From positions 2,286,770-2,350,769 of the forward strand of contig OY969885.1 of the NCBI GenBank assembly GCA_963704325.1: DNA of 64,000 bases, read 5' to 3'. The stretch comes from an uncultured Chloroflexia bacterium. Its GTDB lineage: Bacteria > Chloroflexota > Limnocylindria > Limnocylindrales > CSP1-4. The notes beneath the pieces are model-generated. The model did no database searches. It worked only from the letters and a program-made list of their open reading frames with translations, and was not told the DNA's origin. Shown in pieces: positions 36,614-46,865 of this stretch (position 1 is its first letter; every line of letters starts with the position of its first letter). The position numbers were made by a program, and so were the translations under genes.

Positions 36614-37211
36614 CGAGCCCACGCTCGAAGACGTGGCCGCCGACGACCCCGCCGCCGAAGAGTCGGTTGACGTCCTCGCGCCGGCCCCGCCGGGCGAGCT
36701 GAGCGTCATCCAGCTCGAGGCGCTGCTCTTCGTGGCCGAGCGGCCGCTCACGCGGCGCGAGATCGGCGCCCTGGCCGGCATCGACCGGCCACGTGTCGAC
36801 GAGCTGCTCGGCGATCTGGAGGTCGCATTGCGCGACCGTGGCGTGCGCCTCGTATCGTCCGGTGAGCAGGTCCAGCTCGTGACCGCCCCCGATGCGGGAG
36901 CGCTGATCGCGCGCTACGTCGGCGCCGACGGCGGCCGCCTGTCGCCCGCGGCGCTCGAGACGCTGGCCATCGTGGCCTACCGCCAGCCGGTGACGCGCGG
37001 CGTGATCGAGCGCATCCGTGGAGTCGACTCGGACTACGTCCTGCGCAGCCTGCTCCACCGGCGGCTGGTCGTCGAGCAGGGCCGCGCGGACGCGCCCGGA
37101 CGGCCGATCCTGTACGCCACTGGCTTCGACTTCCTGGAGCGCTTCGGGCTGACCTCGCTGGACGACCTGCCGCCGCTCGAGATAGAGGCCGCGCAGCGCC
37201 TGGATGAGTGA
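36603..37211 (+). CDS. scpB: segregation and condensation protein B
   Basis: The tandem winged-helix sequence LEALLFVAERPLTRREI...IVAYRQPVTRGVIERIRGV is present. Confidence 0.8.
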   Translation: MLADEPTLEDVAADDPAAEESVDVLAPAPPGELSVIQLEALLFVAERPLTRREIGALAGIDRPRVDELLGDLEVALRDRGVRLVSSGEQVQLVTAPDAGALIARYVGADGGRLSPAALETLAIVAYRQPVTRGVIERIRGVDSDYVLRSLLHRRLVVEQGRADAPGRPILYATGFDFLERFGLTSLDDLPPLEIEAAQRLDE

Positions 37212-38670
37212 TCGCGTCCGCGTCCACAAGGCGCTGGCCGACGCCGGTGTCGCGTCGCGGCGCAAGGCGGAGGAGCTCGTCAAGAGTGGCCGCGTGACGG
37301 TCAATGGCGCACCCGCAAGCGTCGGACAGACCGTCGATCCGGCGCGCGACGTGCTTGCCGTGGACGGGCGCGACATCGGCCAGAGCCAGCGCCGGGTCTA
37401 CCTTGTCATGGCCAAGCCAGCCGGCGTGACGAGCACGGTCAAGGATCGCCACGCCCGGCACACCGTGCTCGACCTGGTGCCCGCTGAGTACCGCCACGGC
37501 GCGGCGCGCCTCTACCCGGTGGGCCGCCTGGACCGCGAATCGGAGGGCCTGCTGCTGCTGACCAACGATGGCGATTGGGCGCAACGGATGCTTCATCCCA
37601 GCCACGGAGTGGAGCGCGAGTACGCAGTCGCCGTAGAGCGTCCGCTGACTGCCGGCGAGCGCTCGCAGCTGGAGCTCGGCATCCGGGTCGAGGAGGGAGT
37701 GGCGCGCCTGGTCGGCCTGCGACCGCAGACATCGGTCGAGACGCGCAGGTTCGGCGGCCGATCGGGCGAACAGCCACTGGTCTGGTATCGCGTGACCCTG
37801 CGCCAGGGCATCAAGCGCCAGGTGCGGCGCATGTTCAGCGCACTGGGCCTGAGCGTGCGCAGGTTGATTCGCGTCCGCTTCGGGACCGTCATGCTTGGCG
37901 ACATGAAAGCCGCTGACGTCCGGCCGCTGACCACGGTCGAGCGTCGCGACCTGGAGCGCCTGGCGCAGGATGAGCCCGAGCTGGACGGCGGGCTGATCGT
38001 CAGCGTCGACGGGCCCGGCGGCAGCGGCAAGAGCACTGTCGGCGCTCGCGCAGCCGAGCAGCTCGGCTACCGCTTCTGTGACACGGGCGTCCTTTATCGC
38101 GGCCTGGCCTGGCTGGCCATGCGCCATGGCGTGGCGGCGACGGACGAAGACGGCCTGGCCCAGCTCGTGCCGCGCATGGAGCTCGCGCCGGACGAGAAGG
38201 GCCGTTACGTGCGGCTGAGCGCCGATGGCGTGGAGATCACCGATCAGCTGCACACGGCACAGGTGGACCGCGAGGTCAGCGGCGTATCCCAGCACGCCTC
38301 CGTGCGCGCCGCGCTGCTGCCGGTCCAAAGGGCGCTGGCTGCTCCGCGCCGGATGATCATGGCCGGCCGCGACATCGGCACGGTCGTGCTGCCCGACGCG
38401 GACCTGAAGCTGTACCTGGACGTCTCTGTCGCGGAGCGCGCGCGCCGGCGCGCAACGGAGAGGGGAGTGAATGACGACGATCGGGCGCTGGCCCAGATCG
38501 CGGACGAGCTCCGCCTGCGCGACGAGACCGACTCCAGCCGCGCGGCGAGCCCGTTGCGCGTGCCAGAAGGCGCCACGATCGTGCGCTCCGACGGCTGGAC
38601 CCTTGACCAGACCGTTGCCGCAGTGGTGGACATCATCCGGGCCACGGAGCGAGGCGCTGATGGCGGCTGA
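37204..38670 (+). CDS. fusion protein: RluB-type pseudouridine synthase (S4 + RsuA catalytic domain) fused to cytidylate kinase
   Basis: It is a single uninterrupted 488-aa ORF. Residues 1-250 are the S4 domain plus the pseudouridine synthase core (PVGRLDRESEGLLLLTNDG, catalytic Asp). Residues ~255-488 carry the Cmk P-loop VDGPGGSGKST and the NMP-binding / lid regions. Confidence 0.75.
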   Translation: MSDRVRVHKALADAGVASRRKAEELVKSGRVTVNGAPASVGQTVDPARDVLAVDGRDIGQSQRRVYLVMAKPAGVTSTVKDRHARHTVLDLVPAEYRHGAARLYPVGRLDRESEGLLLLTNDGDWAQRMLHPSHGVEREYAVAVERPLTAGERSQLELGIRVEEGVARLVGLRPQTSVETRRFGGRSGEQPLVWYRVTLRQGIKRQVRRMFSALGLSVRRLIRVRFGTVMLGDMKAADVRPLTTVERRDLERLAQDEPELDGGLIVSVDGPGGSGKSTVGARAAEQLGYRFCDTGVLYRGLAWLAMRHGVAATDEDGLAQLVPRMELAPDEKGRYVRLSADGVEITDQLHTAQVDREVSGVSQHASVRAALLPVQRALAAPRRMIMAGRDIGTVVLPDADLKLYLDVSVAERARRRATERGVNDDDRALAQIADELRLRDETDSSRAASPLRVPEGATIVRSDGWTLDQTVAAVVDIIRATERGADGG

Positions 38671-39346
38671 CACGCCACGGCGCGGGGTGCCGCTGTTCAC
38701 GCGCTTTGCTGCCCTGGTTGCACGTACGATCCTGCGCCTGGCCGCCAGCGTGCGCGTCGAGGGCCTGGATCAACTCCCCCGTGAGGGGCCGCTGATCGTC
38801 ATCGCCAATCACCTCTCCAACGCGGATCCGCCGCTGGTTGCCGGCTGGCTGACTCCGGCGCTCAACCGACAGCTGCACATCCTGGCCAAGGAGTCGCTCT
38901 TCGTTGGTCCGCTGAGCATGTTCTTTCGCGCGCTCGGCGCATCCCCGGTCCGCAAAGGCGGAAGCGACATGGAGGCATTCCGCGTGGCCAAAGGCGTGCT
39001 CGACCGCGGCGAGGTGCTGTGCATCTTTCCCGAAGGGACGCGCAGCAATACCGGCGCCCTGATCGAGCCCAAGCCGGGCGTGGCCATGCTCGCCCTGCGC
39101 TCGGCAGTCCAGATCCTGCCCGTCGGCGTCTCCGGAACGGATCAGTTCCTGGGCCGTGGCCGGATGCTGCCGCGCCTGCGGGCTCCGGTAACGCTGCGCA
39201 TCGGCCGCCCGTTTGTGCTCGAGACGGACCCTGCGCTGAGCCGCCGCGAGGCCACCGCGGCCGCGTCCGACCAGCTCATGCGCAGCATCGGGGCGCTCGT
39301 GGACGAGCGTCATCGGGGCCGATTCGGAGAGCCGCCCAGCCATTAG
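38660..39346 (+). CDS. plsC: 1-acyl-sn-glycerol-3-phosphate acyltransferase
   Basis: The acyltransferase HX4D motif ANHLSNADP and the FPEGTRS motif are present. The start overlaps the rluB-cmk stop. Confidence 0.75.
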   Translation: MAADTPRRGVPLFTRFAALVARTILRLAASVRVEGLDQLPREGPLIVIANHLSNADPPLVAGWLTPALNRQLHILAKESLFVGPLSMFFRALGASPVRKGGSDMEAFRVAKGVLDRGEVLCIFPEGTRSNTGALIEPKPGVAMLALRSAVQILPVGVSGTDQFLGRGRMLPRLRAPVTLRIGRPFVLETDPALSRREATAAASDQLMRSIGALVDERHRGRFGEPPSH

Positions 39347-39370
39347 CATTCGGACCGCTGGTGCCCAGGT

Positions 39371-39868
39371 GTGCCATTCAAGAGGGGAGATACGGCGTTG
39401 ATCAGAGTGATTCGTGTTGGACTTGCCGCCGCGGTCGCGCTCGCCCTTTTGTCAGGGTGCACGCTGCTGCCTGGAGCGGTGGCGGACCTGGCCGCGGGCG
39501 ACTGCTTCGACGAGCCGGCGACCGAGGGTGATGTTTCGGATGTGCAGCACCAGCCGTGCGACCAGCCGCACGACGCGGAGGTCTTCCTCGTCCTCCAGCA
39601 CCCGGGCGACGCGACGGTTGCCTATCCGGTCGTGTCCGGCTTCGACGACTACATCGGAGAGAACTGCGTGCCGGCATTCGCGACCTACACCGGGCGCGAC
39701 TTCCAGACGGACACGGAGTACGACCTGGGCTACTTCCGTCCGACGCTCACCGGCTGGGCCGATGGCGATCGCGAGTTCACGTGCTACATCAGCCGCGCTG
39801 ACAACGCCAAGATGAGCGCGCCGGTGCGCGCCGGAACGCCCGCTTCGGCCAGCCCGTCCGGATCCTGA
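39371..39868 (+). CDS. putative lipoprotein with conserved Cys/His pattern (septum-formation-family-like)
   Basis: The lipobox LLSGC follows a signal peptide. The mature protein has a C...C...H..E spacing. Confidence 0.35.
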   Translation: MPFKRGDTALIRVIRVGLAAAVALALLSGCTLLPGAVADLAAGDCFDEPATEGDVSDVQHQPCDQPHDAEVFLVLQHPGDATVAYPVVSGFDDYIGENCVPAFATYTGRDFQTDTEYDLGYFRPTLTGWADGDREFTCYISRADNAKMSAPVRAGTPASASPSGS

Positions 39869-39934
39869 CCGGCATGCCGCGCTGACGGCGCGGATCGGGA
39901 GCCAGCCGGCCCGGCTGCCATACTTGAGCTGGTC

Positions 39935-40921
39935 ATGGGATCAGTCGAGGAGGTGCGTATCGCGCGGCGCACCGGGTTCTGCTACGGAGTGCGCGAGGCG
40001 ATCGACTATGCGCGGCTGGCCGCGGCGCAGGGTAAGCAGACGCACACCCTGGGCCAGGTCGTGCACAACGAGGGCGTCATCGCCCAGCTCCAGGCGCAGG
40101 GCATCCGCACCGTCGACACGCTCGATGATGTCGATCAGGGATCGGCCGTCGTCATTCGCGCCCATGGCGTGACGCCCGGCGTGATGGCCCGCGCGGAGGA
40201 CAAGGGGCTCGAGGTCATCGACGGCACGTGCACGTGGGTCATCCAGGAGCAGAAGGAGCTCAAGCAGCTCGTGGACGAGGGTTACACGATCGTCCTGCTG
40301 GGCACTCCCCATCATCCCGAGGTGGTCGGCCTGCTTGGCTTCGCACCGGATGCCATCGTCGTCGACGAGGAAGAGGACTGGGACCGCATTCCACGCACGA
40401 AGCGCATGGCCCTCATCAGCCAGAGCACGCAGCCGCCCTGGAAGTTCGAGAAGCTGGCCGCGCACCTTGTCAGCCGCGCGCACGAGCTGAAGATCGTCAA
40501 CACCGTGTGCCCGGTCACGATCAGGCGTCAGCAGGACACGATGGACCTCGCCGCGCAGGTGGACATGATGGTCGTCGTGGGTGGCCGCAACAGCGCCAAC
40601 ACCAAGGAGCTCACCCGGCTGTGCCAGATCGCTGGCAAGCCCGTGGTCCAGGTCGAGGGCGAGCGCGACATGGCCGATGGTGCGCAGTTCGAGGGGGCGC
40701 GCATCGTCGGCGTCACCGGCGGAACGTCCACTCCGATCGAGGATCTCGAGAAGGTCGCCCAGCGCGTCTACGAGCTGGGCGGCACGGACGAAGCCCGGGA
40801 GCGTGCCGCCGACCTGGCCCGCGCCGCACTCACCGCCGTCGCTGAGCCGGCCTACCGGAGCAGCTCGCTCGACGCCCAGGGCCGGCCGCGGCAGCGCACG
40901 CCCGCAGCCGCGCGAGCCTGA
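39935..40921 (+). CDS. ispH: 4-hydroxy-3-methylbut-2-enyl diphosphate reductase
   Basis: The motif FCYGVREAID is present, along with three conserved Cys (C..GV, TC, CP) and the SANT/NT motif (RNSANTKEL). Dxs, in the same window, belongs to the same MEP pathway. Confidence 0.85.
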   Translation: MGSVEEVRIARRTGFCYGVREAIDYARLAAAQGKQTHTLGQVVHNEGVIAQLQAQGIRTVDTLDDVDQGSAVVIRAHGVTPGVMARAEDKGLEVIDGTCTWVIQEQKELKQLVDEGYTIVLLGTPHHPEVVGLLGFAPDAIVVDEEEDWDRIPRTKRMALISQSTQPPWKFEKLAAHLVSRAHELKIVNTVCPVTIRRQQDTMDLAAQVDMMVVVGGRNSANTKELTRLCQIAGKPVVQVEGERDMADGAQFEGARIVGVTGGTSTPIEDLEKVAQRVYELGGTDEARERAADLARAALTAVAEPAYRSSSLDAQGRPRQRTPAAARA

Positions 40922-40925
40922 TCTC

Positions 40926-42455
40926 ATGGCGACGCGGAGGGCACGCCGGCCGACCCGCGGGCGCACCGAGGATGCACCTACGGAAGGAGTGCCCGTAGTT
41001 GCCTTCGTGGGCCGTCCGAACGTGGGCAAGAGCACGCTCTTCAATCGCGTAGTGGGCGAGCGGGTGGCGATCGTCGAGGATCGCGCCCGTACGACGCGCG
41101 ACCGCCTGTACGACGTCGGCGAGTGGAATGGCCGGCGCTTCATCGCAGTGGACACGGGCGGACTCGAGACTCGCCCCGGCGACGCGATCGAGGAGCGCGT
41201 CCAGGACCAGGCCAGGCTGGCCATCGAAGAGGCCGATGTGATCGTCTTCGTGGTTGATGCGGCCACCGGGATGACGCCGGCCGACCAGGAAGCGAACGAC
41301 CTGCTGCGCACCGCCCGGACACCCGTCGTGGTTGCGGTCAACAAGGCTGACAACCAGAAACGCGAGCTGGAGGCGGCCGAGTTTCACGCGCTGGGCTGGC
41401 CCGAAACGCATCCCATCAGCGCCCTCCACGGTCGCGGCGTGGCCGACCTGCTCGATGTCGTCATCTGGGCGCTGCCGCCCGAGTCGATTGAGGAGCAGGA
41501 GCGCAAGAGAGCAGAGGCGGAGATTGACGCCGAGCCGCTCATGGCCGCCGACGCGCCAGAGGAAGCCGCCTTCGCGATGGACGATCGGCCTGCTCGCATC
41601 GCCATCATCGGCCGGCCCAACGTGGGCAAGAGCTCGCTGCTCAACACACTCGTGGGCCGCGAACGGGCGATCGTCTCTGACATTCCGGGTACCACGCGCG
41701 ACGCGATTGACACCGCATTCGAGTGGGCCGGACGCACGGTCCGGCTGATCGACACGGCCGGCATCCGGCGCCGCGGCAAGGTTGCCTCGGGACCGGCAGC
41801 CGAACGCTACGCGACGCTGCGCGCCATGAAGGCGGTCACGCGGGCCGATGTCGCCGTGCTCGTCCTCGACGCCCAGGACGGCATGACCACCCAGGACGAG
41901 CACGTCGCCGGCTATGCGCTCGAGGAAGGCGCCGGGCTGGTGATCGCGATCAACAAGTGGGACCTGGTCGAGAAGGACGAGGACACCTTCGACGAGTTCG
42001 CGGCGAAGATCCGCCAGCAGGCCGCGTTCCTTGACCTCGCCCCGATCCTTTCGATCAGCGCCAAGACCGGCCAGCGTGCGGGACGCGTGCTCGAGGCGGC
42101 GCTCGAGATCGCGTCCGAGCGCCGTCGCCGCGTGCCGACACCGGCACTCAATGCCTGGCTGCGTGAGGCAACAGCGCGTCGGCCGGCCCCGTCAGTTCGC
42201 GGCAAGCAGCCGCGCTTCCTGTACGCAACGCAAGTCTCGATCGAACCGCCCACGTTCGTGCTCTTCGCGAGCGACGCGTCGACCATCCACTTCTCGTATC
42301 GGCGCTACCTGGAGAACAGGTTGCGGGAGGCCTTCGGCTTCGATGGGACGCCGCTCCGCCTCGTGATTCGCGAGCGCCAACGAGAGGACCTGGAGCGCCG
42401 CCGCACGGGACGGCCCAGGTCACGCCGTCGCGAAGGCTCGGCGCAACGGCGCTGA
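40926..42455 (+). CDS. der: ribosome biogenesis GTPase Der (EngA)
   Basis: It has two tandem G domains (GRPNVGKSTLFN and GRPNVGKSSLLN) plus a KH-like C-terminal domain. Confidence 0.85.
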   Translation: MATRRARRPTRGRTEDAPTEGVPVVAFVGRPNVGKSTLFNRVVGERVAIVEDRARTTRDRLYDVGEWNGRRFIAVDTGGLETRPGDAIEERVQDQARLAIEEADVIVFVVDAATGMTPADQEANDLLRTARTPVVVAVNKADNQKRELEAAEFHALGWPETHPISALHGRGVADLLDVVIWALPPESIEEQERKRAEAEIDAEPLMAADAPEEAAFAMDDRPARIAIIGRPNVGKSSLLNTLVGRERAIVSDIPGTTRDAIDTAFEWAGRTVRLIDTAGIRRRGKVASGPAAERYATLRAMKAVTRADVAVLVLDAQDGMTTQDEHVAGYALEEGAGLVIAINKWDLVEKDEDTFDEFAAKIRQQAAFLDLAPILSISAKTGQRAGRVLEAALEIASERRRRVPTPALNAWLREATARRPAPSVRGKQPRFLYATQVSIEPPTFVLFASDASTIHFSYRRYLENRLREAFGFDGTPLRLVIRERQREDLERRRTGRPRSRRREGSAQRR

Positions 42456-42480
42456 GCGCGCCGCGCTAACGTTCGAGTAC

Positions 42481-43536
42481 ATGGAGCTGCACCCTCGCCG
42501 CGCGGTCGTAGGTGCCGGACAGTGGGGCACGACGCTTGCCCTGCACCTGGCCAAGCAGGGTCCCGTCGTACTGCTGGCACGTGACGAAGATCAAGCGCGC
42601 ACGCTCGCCTCGTCGCGCGAGAACGAACGCTACCTGCCCGGCATCAACCTGCCGGTAGAGATGGAGATCACCGCGGATCCGTCGGCAATCGGCTCTGCCG
42701 CCGACCTGGTCATCTTCGCGGTGCCGGCCAAGGTAATGCGCCTGACCGCCGAGCGAGTCGCCGGCAACGTGCCCGGGTCGGCCGTCGTGCTCTCCGTGTC
42801 AAAGGGCATCGAGCACGGCACTCGCCAGCGAATGACAGAGGTCCTGGCCGATACGCTGCCTGACGCGCGCGGCCGGATAGCGGCCATGTCAGGGCCGAAT
42901 CTGGCGCTGGAGATCGCGCGCGGCCTGCCGGCCAGCTCCGTCGTGGCGGCCGAGGACGAGGAAGTCAGCCGGCGCGCCACGGTGATGCTCGGCACGCGCT
43001 CGTTCCGCCTCTACACGAACAGGGACGTAACCGGCGTCGAGCTGTGCGGCGCGCTCAAGAACATCATCGCCATCGCCGCCGGCGCGGCGGAGCACCTGGG
43101 CTTCGGCGACAACGGCAAGGCCGGACTGATCACGCGCGGCCTGGCCGAGATAACCCGCCTCGGCATCGCGGCCGGCGCCAACCCGCTGACATTTGCCGGT
43201 CTGGCCGGTCTGGGCGACGTCATCGCCACGTGCTACTCGGCACTATCGCGCAACCACGCGCTTGGCGTGGAGCTGGCCAAGGGCCGTTCGTGGCCGGACA
43301 TCGAGGGCACCCTGGCCGGCGTGGCCGAGGGCGCCTACACGGTGACCTCGGCGCTGGCCATGGCCGACGAGCTGGGCGTGGAGATGCCCATCGCGCGCGA
43401 GGTTCACAACGCGTTGTTCGAGGGCAAGAGTGTGCAGCGATGCCTGATCGACCTGCTGTCACGAGAGCAGAAGGACGAGCTTGCCGGGATAGAGGATTGG
43501 GCCCGGCGCGCCTTCGCCCAGATGGAGATCAGCTAG
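42481..43536 (+). CDS. gpsA: NAD(P)H-dependent glycerol-3-phosphate dehydrogenase
   Basis: The Rossmann motif VVGAGQWGT and the motif [12 protein letters not shown] are present. The gene follows der, as is typical. Confidence 0.85.
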   Translation: MELHPRRAVVGAGQWGTTLALHLAKQGPVVLLARDEDQARTLASSRENERYLPGINLPVEMEITADPSAIGSAADLVIFAVPAKVMRLTAERVAGNVPGSAVVLSVSKGIEHGTRQRMTEVLADTLPDARGRIAAMSGPNLALEIARGLPASSVVAAEDEEVSRRATVMLGTRSFRLYTNRDVTGVELCGALKNIIAIAAGAAEHLGFGDNGKAGLITRGLAEITRLGIAAGANPLTFAGLAGLGDVIATCYSALSRNHALGVELAKGRSWPDIEGTLAGVAEGAYTVTSALAMADELGVEMPIAREVHNALFEGKSVQRCLIDLLSREQKDELAGIEDWARRAFAQMEIS

Positions 43537-43916
43537 TCCGCAACGTCGTTGCAAGGCCCACCTAACCGCACCGGACCGCACCAGACCACACCTTGCCGCC
43601 CCTCGTGCGGTACCGACTGACCACGCCAATTGACCGGGTCGTCCTCTGTGCAACGGGCCGGCGCGGACGTAGGCTGTGGCCATAACGTGCGGTTGGGGAG
43701 GCAACCGGTAATAGCCAGGTGGGAGCCAATCAATGAAGCGGCGCCGTGTCCCCAGCCGTGGGGTACCACCGCTTCGTCGCAGAGGAGCACGTTGGTTCCG
43801 GTCTCGCTCCGTCGGGTCGCGCAGCTCGCCAAAATCGAGCCGCCGGCGTCGAGGCAGGCCCGGTTGTCGCCCAACCAATTCCGCACGTCGAACCCGGCTC
43901 TCGGACCCTTCGCTGC

Positions 43917-43922
43917 TAGACT
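43917..43922 (+). promoter_or_regulatory. TAGACT -10-like hexamer 10 nt upstream of tRNA-Pro
   Basis: The same CT-TAGACT-C context is seen 7 nt before the hisS ATG (99-104) and at 45862-45867 upstream of osmC. Confidence 0.3.
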
Positions 43923-43932
43923 CAGCGGTCTT

Positions 43933-44009
<77 letters not shown>

Positions 44010-44246
44010 TCCAGACTCACTCTCAGCTCTCCATCCTCGGCGGGTCTCGTGGTACGTACCCGCGGTCATCGCTGGGTAACCCTTTACGTGCTTTTGGCGG
44101 TTGTGCGACCTGTTGATCAGGACTAGGGTCCCACCAGCCTGAACCCACCCGCTGTACGGGTCGCCCGGGATTCATGCTTGACCCAAGGTCAGGGCCGACC
44201 CGTCGCGATGCAACGTTCGCCTGGATGTTGCCGGGGTGGAGAAGGG

Positions 44247-44846
44247 ATGGCCCGTATGGGCTCGCTCACACGCATTCCGCGGCGCAGGTTCGCCGCGCTT
44301 CCGCTGGCATTGCTGCTGGTGTTGACCCTCGCCGCGCCTGGTCGAGCCGGTGGCCTGCCGGGCCAGGATCCGGCCGAGTACGGCACGCAGGCCTCGTGCA
44401 TGTATCGCACGGCGCACATCTCCGGCCCCACGCCCGGCTACCGCCTGGCGCGCATCGTGGTCGATCCGCCAACGAGTCTTCTCGCGCGCAACCCGGGCCA
44501 GACCGTGGGCTGGCGCTTCGTGGTCCAGGACAGCCTGAAGAACGGCTGGCCATTCGAGCGCATCTTTGCCGGACGCATCCACACCTCGCCGGCCACGGTT
44601 AGCCAGCCGGGCGTGTTCACCCAAAAGCAGGCGCGCATCATCTGGGATGGAGCGGTCGAGCATCCGCTCCAGTTCGGGCGCTTCTACCGCGCCTTCGCGA
44701 AGTTCTACTGGTACTCGAGCGACGGCACCCTGCGCCGTGTGGAGCGTGAGCTCCTCACTCCGTATTGGATGTACGTCAATGGGCAGAAGACCGGCTGGAT
44801 CATCTACGGCGGGTGCTACGAAGTGTGGCCAAACCTGCCCTTCTGA
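44247..44846 (+). CDS. secreted hypothetical protein
   Basis: The signal peptide is MARMGSLTRIPRRRFAALPLALLLVLTLAAPGRAGG. The ~170-aa mature domain is Trp/Tyr-rich. A GGAGAAGGG RBS precedes the ATG. Confidence 0.45.
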   Translation: MARMGSLTRIPRRRFAALPLALLLVLTLAAPGRAGGLPGQDPAEYGTQASCMYRTAHISGPTPGYRLARIVVDPPTSLLARNPGQTVGWRFVVQDSLKNGWPFERIFAGRIHTSPATVSQPGVFTQKQARIIWDGAVEHPLQFGRFYRAFAKFYWYSSDGTLRRVERELLTPYWMYVNGQKTGWIIYGGCYEVWPNLPF

Positions 44847-44852
44847 TCTGGG

Positions 44853-45770
44853 TCAGCGGCTGGGGGTGATGCGCACCTCGGCGCTCATGTTCCAGCGCAG
44901 CTCGGGGTGGTGCGCGTCAGGTCTGATCGAGACGGCAAATCTGACGCCGCCGGTCTCCGTCGTGCCGCGCACCTGGATGCGGTCGACGCGGCCGTTGAGC
45001 ACCAGATCCGGGAACGCGGTAAACGTCACGCTGGCCTGATCGCCAACCGCGATGCGCACCACCTCCAGCTCTGACAGGTCGGTCGTCTCGATCAGCCAGC
45101 CGTTCATATCGCCCAGCGCGACGAGCGGCTGGCCGGCAATGGCCTGCTCGCCCAGCTCGACGTTGACCTCGGCGATCGTGCCCGGGAACGGCGCGCGGAG
45201 CTCGGTCTGCTGGAGGGCGACCTGAGCGTCGGTGAGATTCGTCCGGGCCAGCTCCAGCTCGGCCTGGGCGAGGCGCAACTCCGCCTGCGCGGACTCCACC
45301 TGTCCGGGAGTGGCGTCCGGGGGCAGCTGGTCGACCTGCAGCTGCGCACGCACCAGGGCCGCCTCCGCACGGCGCACGTCCGCCTCGGCCACGTTGAGCG
45401 CGGCAACATACGTGGACTGGTCAAGTCTGAGCAGGATCCTGTTCAGGATGACCTGCTCGTTCTCGCGCACATAGAGGCCGCCGATGACGCCGCTCACGGG
45501 CAGGGCCAATTCGGCGCTGCGCTGGGGGACAACGATCGCCGCGGCGCGGATGGACGTATCGACCGGTGAAGGCGTCGGGCGCGGGGTGGGGATTGGGGTC
45601 GGTCGTGTCGTGGCAGAGGGCGAGACGGCAGGTGGCGTGCTCGATGCGAGCGAGCGCGAGGGCGTCGGGGAAGGAGACGCGCCGATGCGGCCAGGGCCGC
45701 CATAAAGCACCAGAACAGCGGCCGCGATCGCAACCACGAAAACGCCGCTGAGCAGCACGGCTGGCTTCAT
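44853..45770 (-). CDS. HlyD-family periplasmic adaptor (efflux membrane-fusion protein) with N-terminal anchor and Pro/Thr-rich linker
   Basis: It has an N-terminal TM helix, a PT-rich spacer, a coiled-coil hairpin (AEADVRRAEAAL...AQAELELAR) and a beta-barrel C-terminus (QPLVALGDM...). Confidence 0.65.
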   Translation of the reverse strand: MKPAVLLSGVFVVAIAAAVLVLYGGPGRIGASPSPTPSRSLASSTPPAVSPSATTRPTPIPTPRPTPSPVDTSIRAAAIVVPQRSAELALPVSGVIGGLYVRENEQVILNRILLRLDQSTYVAALNVAEADVRRAEAALVRAQLQVDQLPPDATPGQVESAQAELRLAQAELELARTNLTDAQVALQQTELRAPFPGTIAEVNVELGEQAIAGQPLVALGDMNGWLIETTDLSELEVVRIAVGDQASVTFTAFPDLVLNGRVDRIQVRGTTETGGVRFAVSIRPDAHHPELRWNMSAEVRITPSR

Positions 45771-45937
45771 GGCTGTGGACGGGATGGGTTCATAGCCCTC
45801 ATTCGCGCGGCTGACGCTCTATCTCGCGCGGCGGTTCCATGGTCAATGCCGGTGACACTCGTAGACTAACCGGGCAGAAAAGTGCGCTACGGGCCGGACA
45901 AGCGAGGAGCGACGGCCATCAACGGAGGAAACAGGAC

Positions 45938-46378
45938 ATGGCCCAGATTCGATCCGCAAGTGCCACCTGGTCGGGCAACCTGACCGAGGGCAGCGGCACG
46001 GTCAGCATGACTTCAGGCCTGCTGGCCGACTCACCGATCAGCTGGTCGGCCCGGACAGAGGCGCCGGAAGGCATGACCGGTCCCGAGGAGCTGCTGGCCG
46101 CGGCCCACGCCTCGTGCTTCTCGATGGCGTTCTCCAACATCCTGTTCAAGGATGGCTTCACCGCAGAGCGCCTGGAGACCTCGGTCGAGGTCACCGGTGA
46201 CAAGCGCGAGGCCGGCTGGACCGTCCTGAGCAGCCAGATCACCGTGCGCGGCAAGGTGCCCGGACTTGACCAGGCTGGCTTCGCCGATGCCGCCAGCCGG
46301 GCCAAGGACGGCTGTCCCATCTCGCGCGCGCTGGTCAACAACGTGGAGCTGAGCGTCAACGCGACGCTCGAAGCCTGA
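45938..46378 (+). CDS. osmC: OsmC/Ohr-family peroxiredoxin-like protein
   Basis: Two conserved Cys in the AHASCFSMA and KDGCPIS contexts are present. The RBS GGAGGAA lies 7 nt upstream. Confidence 0.75.
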   Translation: MAQIRSASATWSGNLTEGSGTVSMTSGLLADSPISWSARTEAPEGMTGPEELLAAAHASCFSMAFSNILFKDGFTAERLETSVEVTGDKREAGWTVLSSQITVRGKVPGLDQAGFADAASRAKDGCPISRALVNNVELSVNATLEA

Positions 46379-46401
46379 GCCAACCACCGATAATCGCGCC
46401 G

Positions 46402-46791
46402 ATGCCACCGATCGAGAACCTGCAGCGCGTGCCGCTCTACCACCTCGAGGCGCTCGAGCGGCAGGGGATATTCACCACTGGATTGCTGCTCGAGGTCTCC
46501 GAGACCGCCACCCGGCGCCAGTATCTGGCCGACCAGATCAATGCCGACACGAACGACGTCAATGCCTGGCGCGACGAGGCGCTGCTGCTCAACCTGGCCA
46601 ACTTCGGGCCCGACGAGCAGGCGCTCTTCACGCAGGCCGGCATCGTGGGACTGTCCGACCTGCTGATGCTCGACCTCGAAGAGTTTCGGGCTCGGCTTGC
46701 GCGCTCTTCGCGCGTGCTCGGCGTAGAGCCCGCTACTGACCTGATCGTTGAGGGCTGGTGGGAACAGGCGCACACGCTGCGCGAGGAGTAG
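46402..46791 (+). CDS. DUF4332-like hypothetical protein
   Basis: 129-aa soluble protein with a helix-hairpin-helix-like composition. Confidence 0.35.
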   Translation: MPPIENLQRVPLYHLEALERQGIFTTGLLLEVSETATRRQYLADQINADTNDVNAWRDEALLLNLANFGPDEQALFTQAGIVGLSDLLMLDLEEFRARLARSSRVLGVEPATDLIVEGWWEQAHTLREE

Positions 46792-46865
46792 CGACGACCG
46801 CCGACGCCCGCGCCGGGGTCGTTGGCCAGGCCGGGACGCGACCGGGATCGCTGCGCTGGCTGCGC

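Noticed and set aside
43540-43932. Possible small RNA (tmRNA, RNase P, SRP, 6S) in the 390-nt ORF-free region upstream of tRNA-Pro
   Set aside because: None of the hallmark conserved boxes of these RNAs could be recognised by eye. The region does contain short direct repeats (ACCGCACC-GGA-CCGCACC-AGA-CCACACC). It stays unassigned rather than called.
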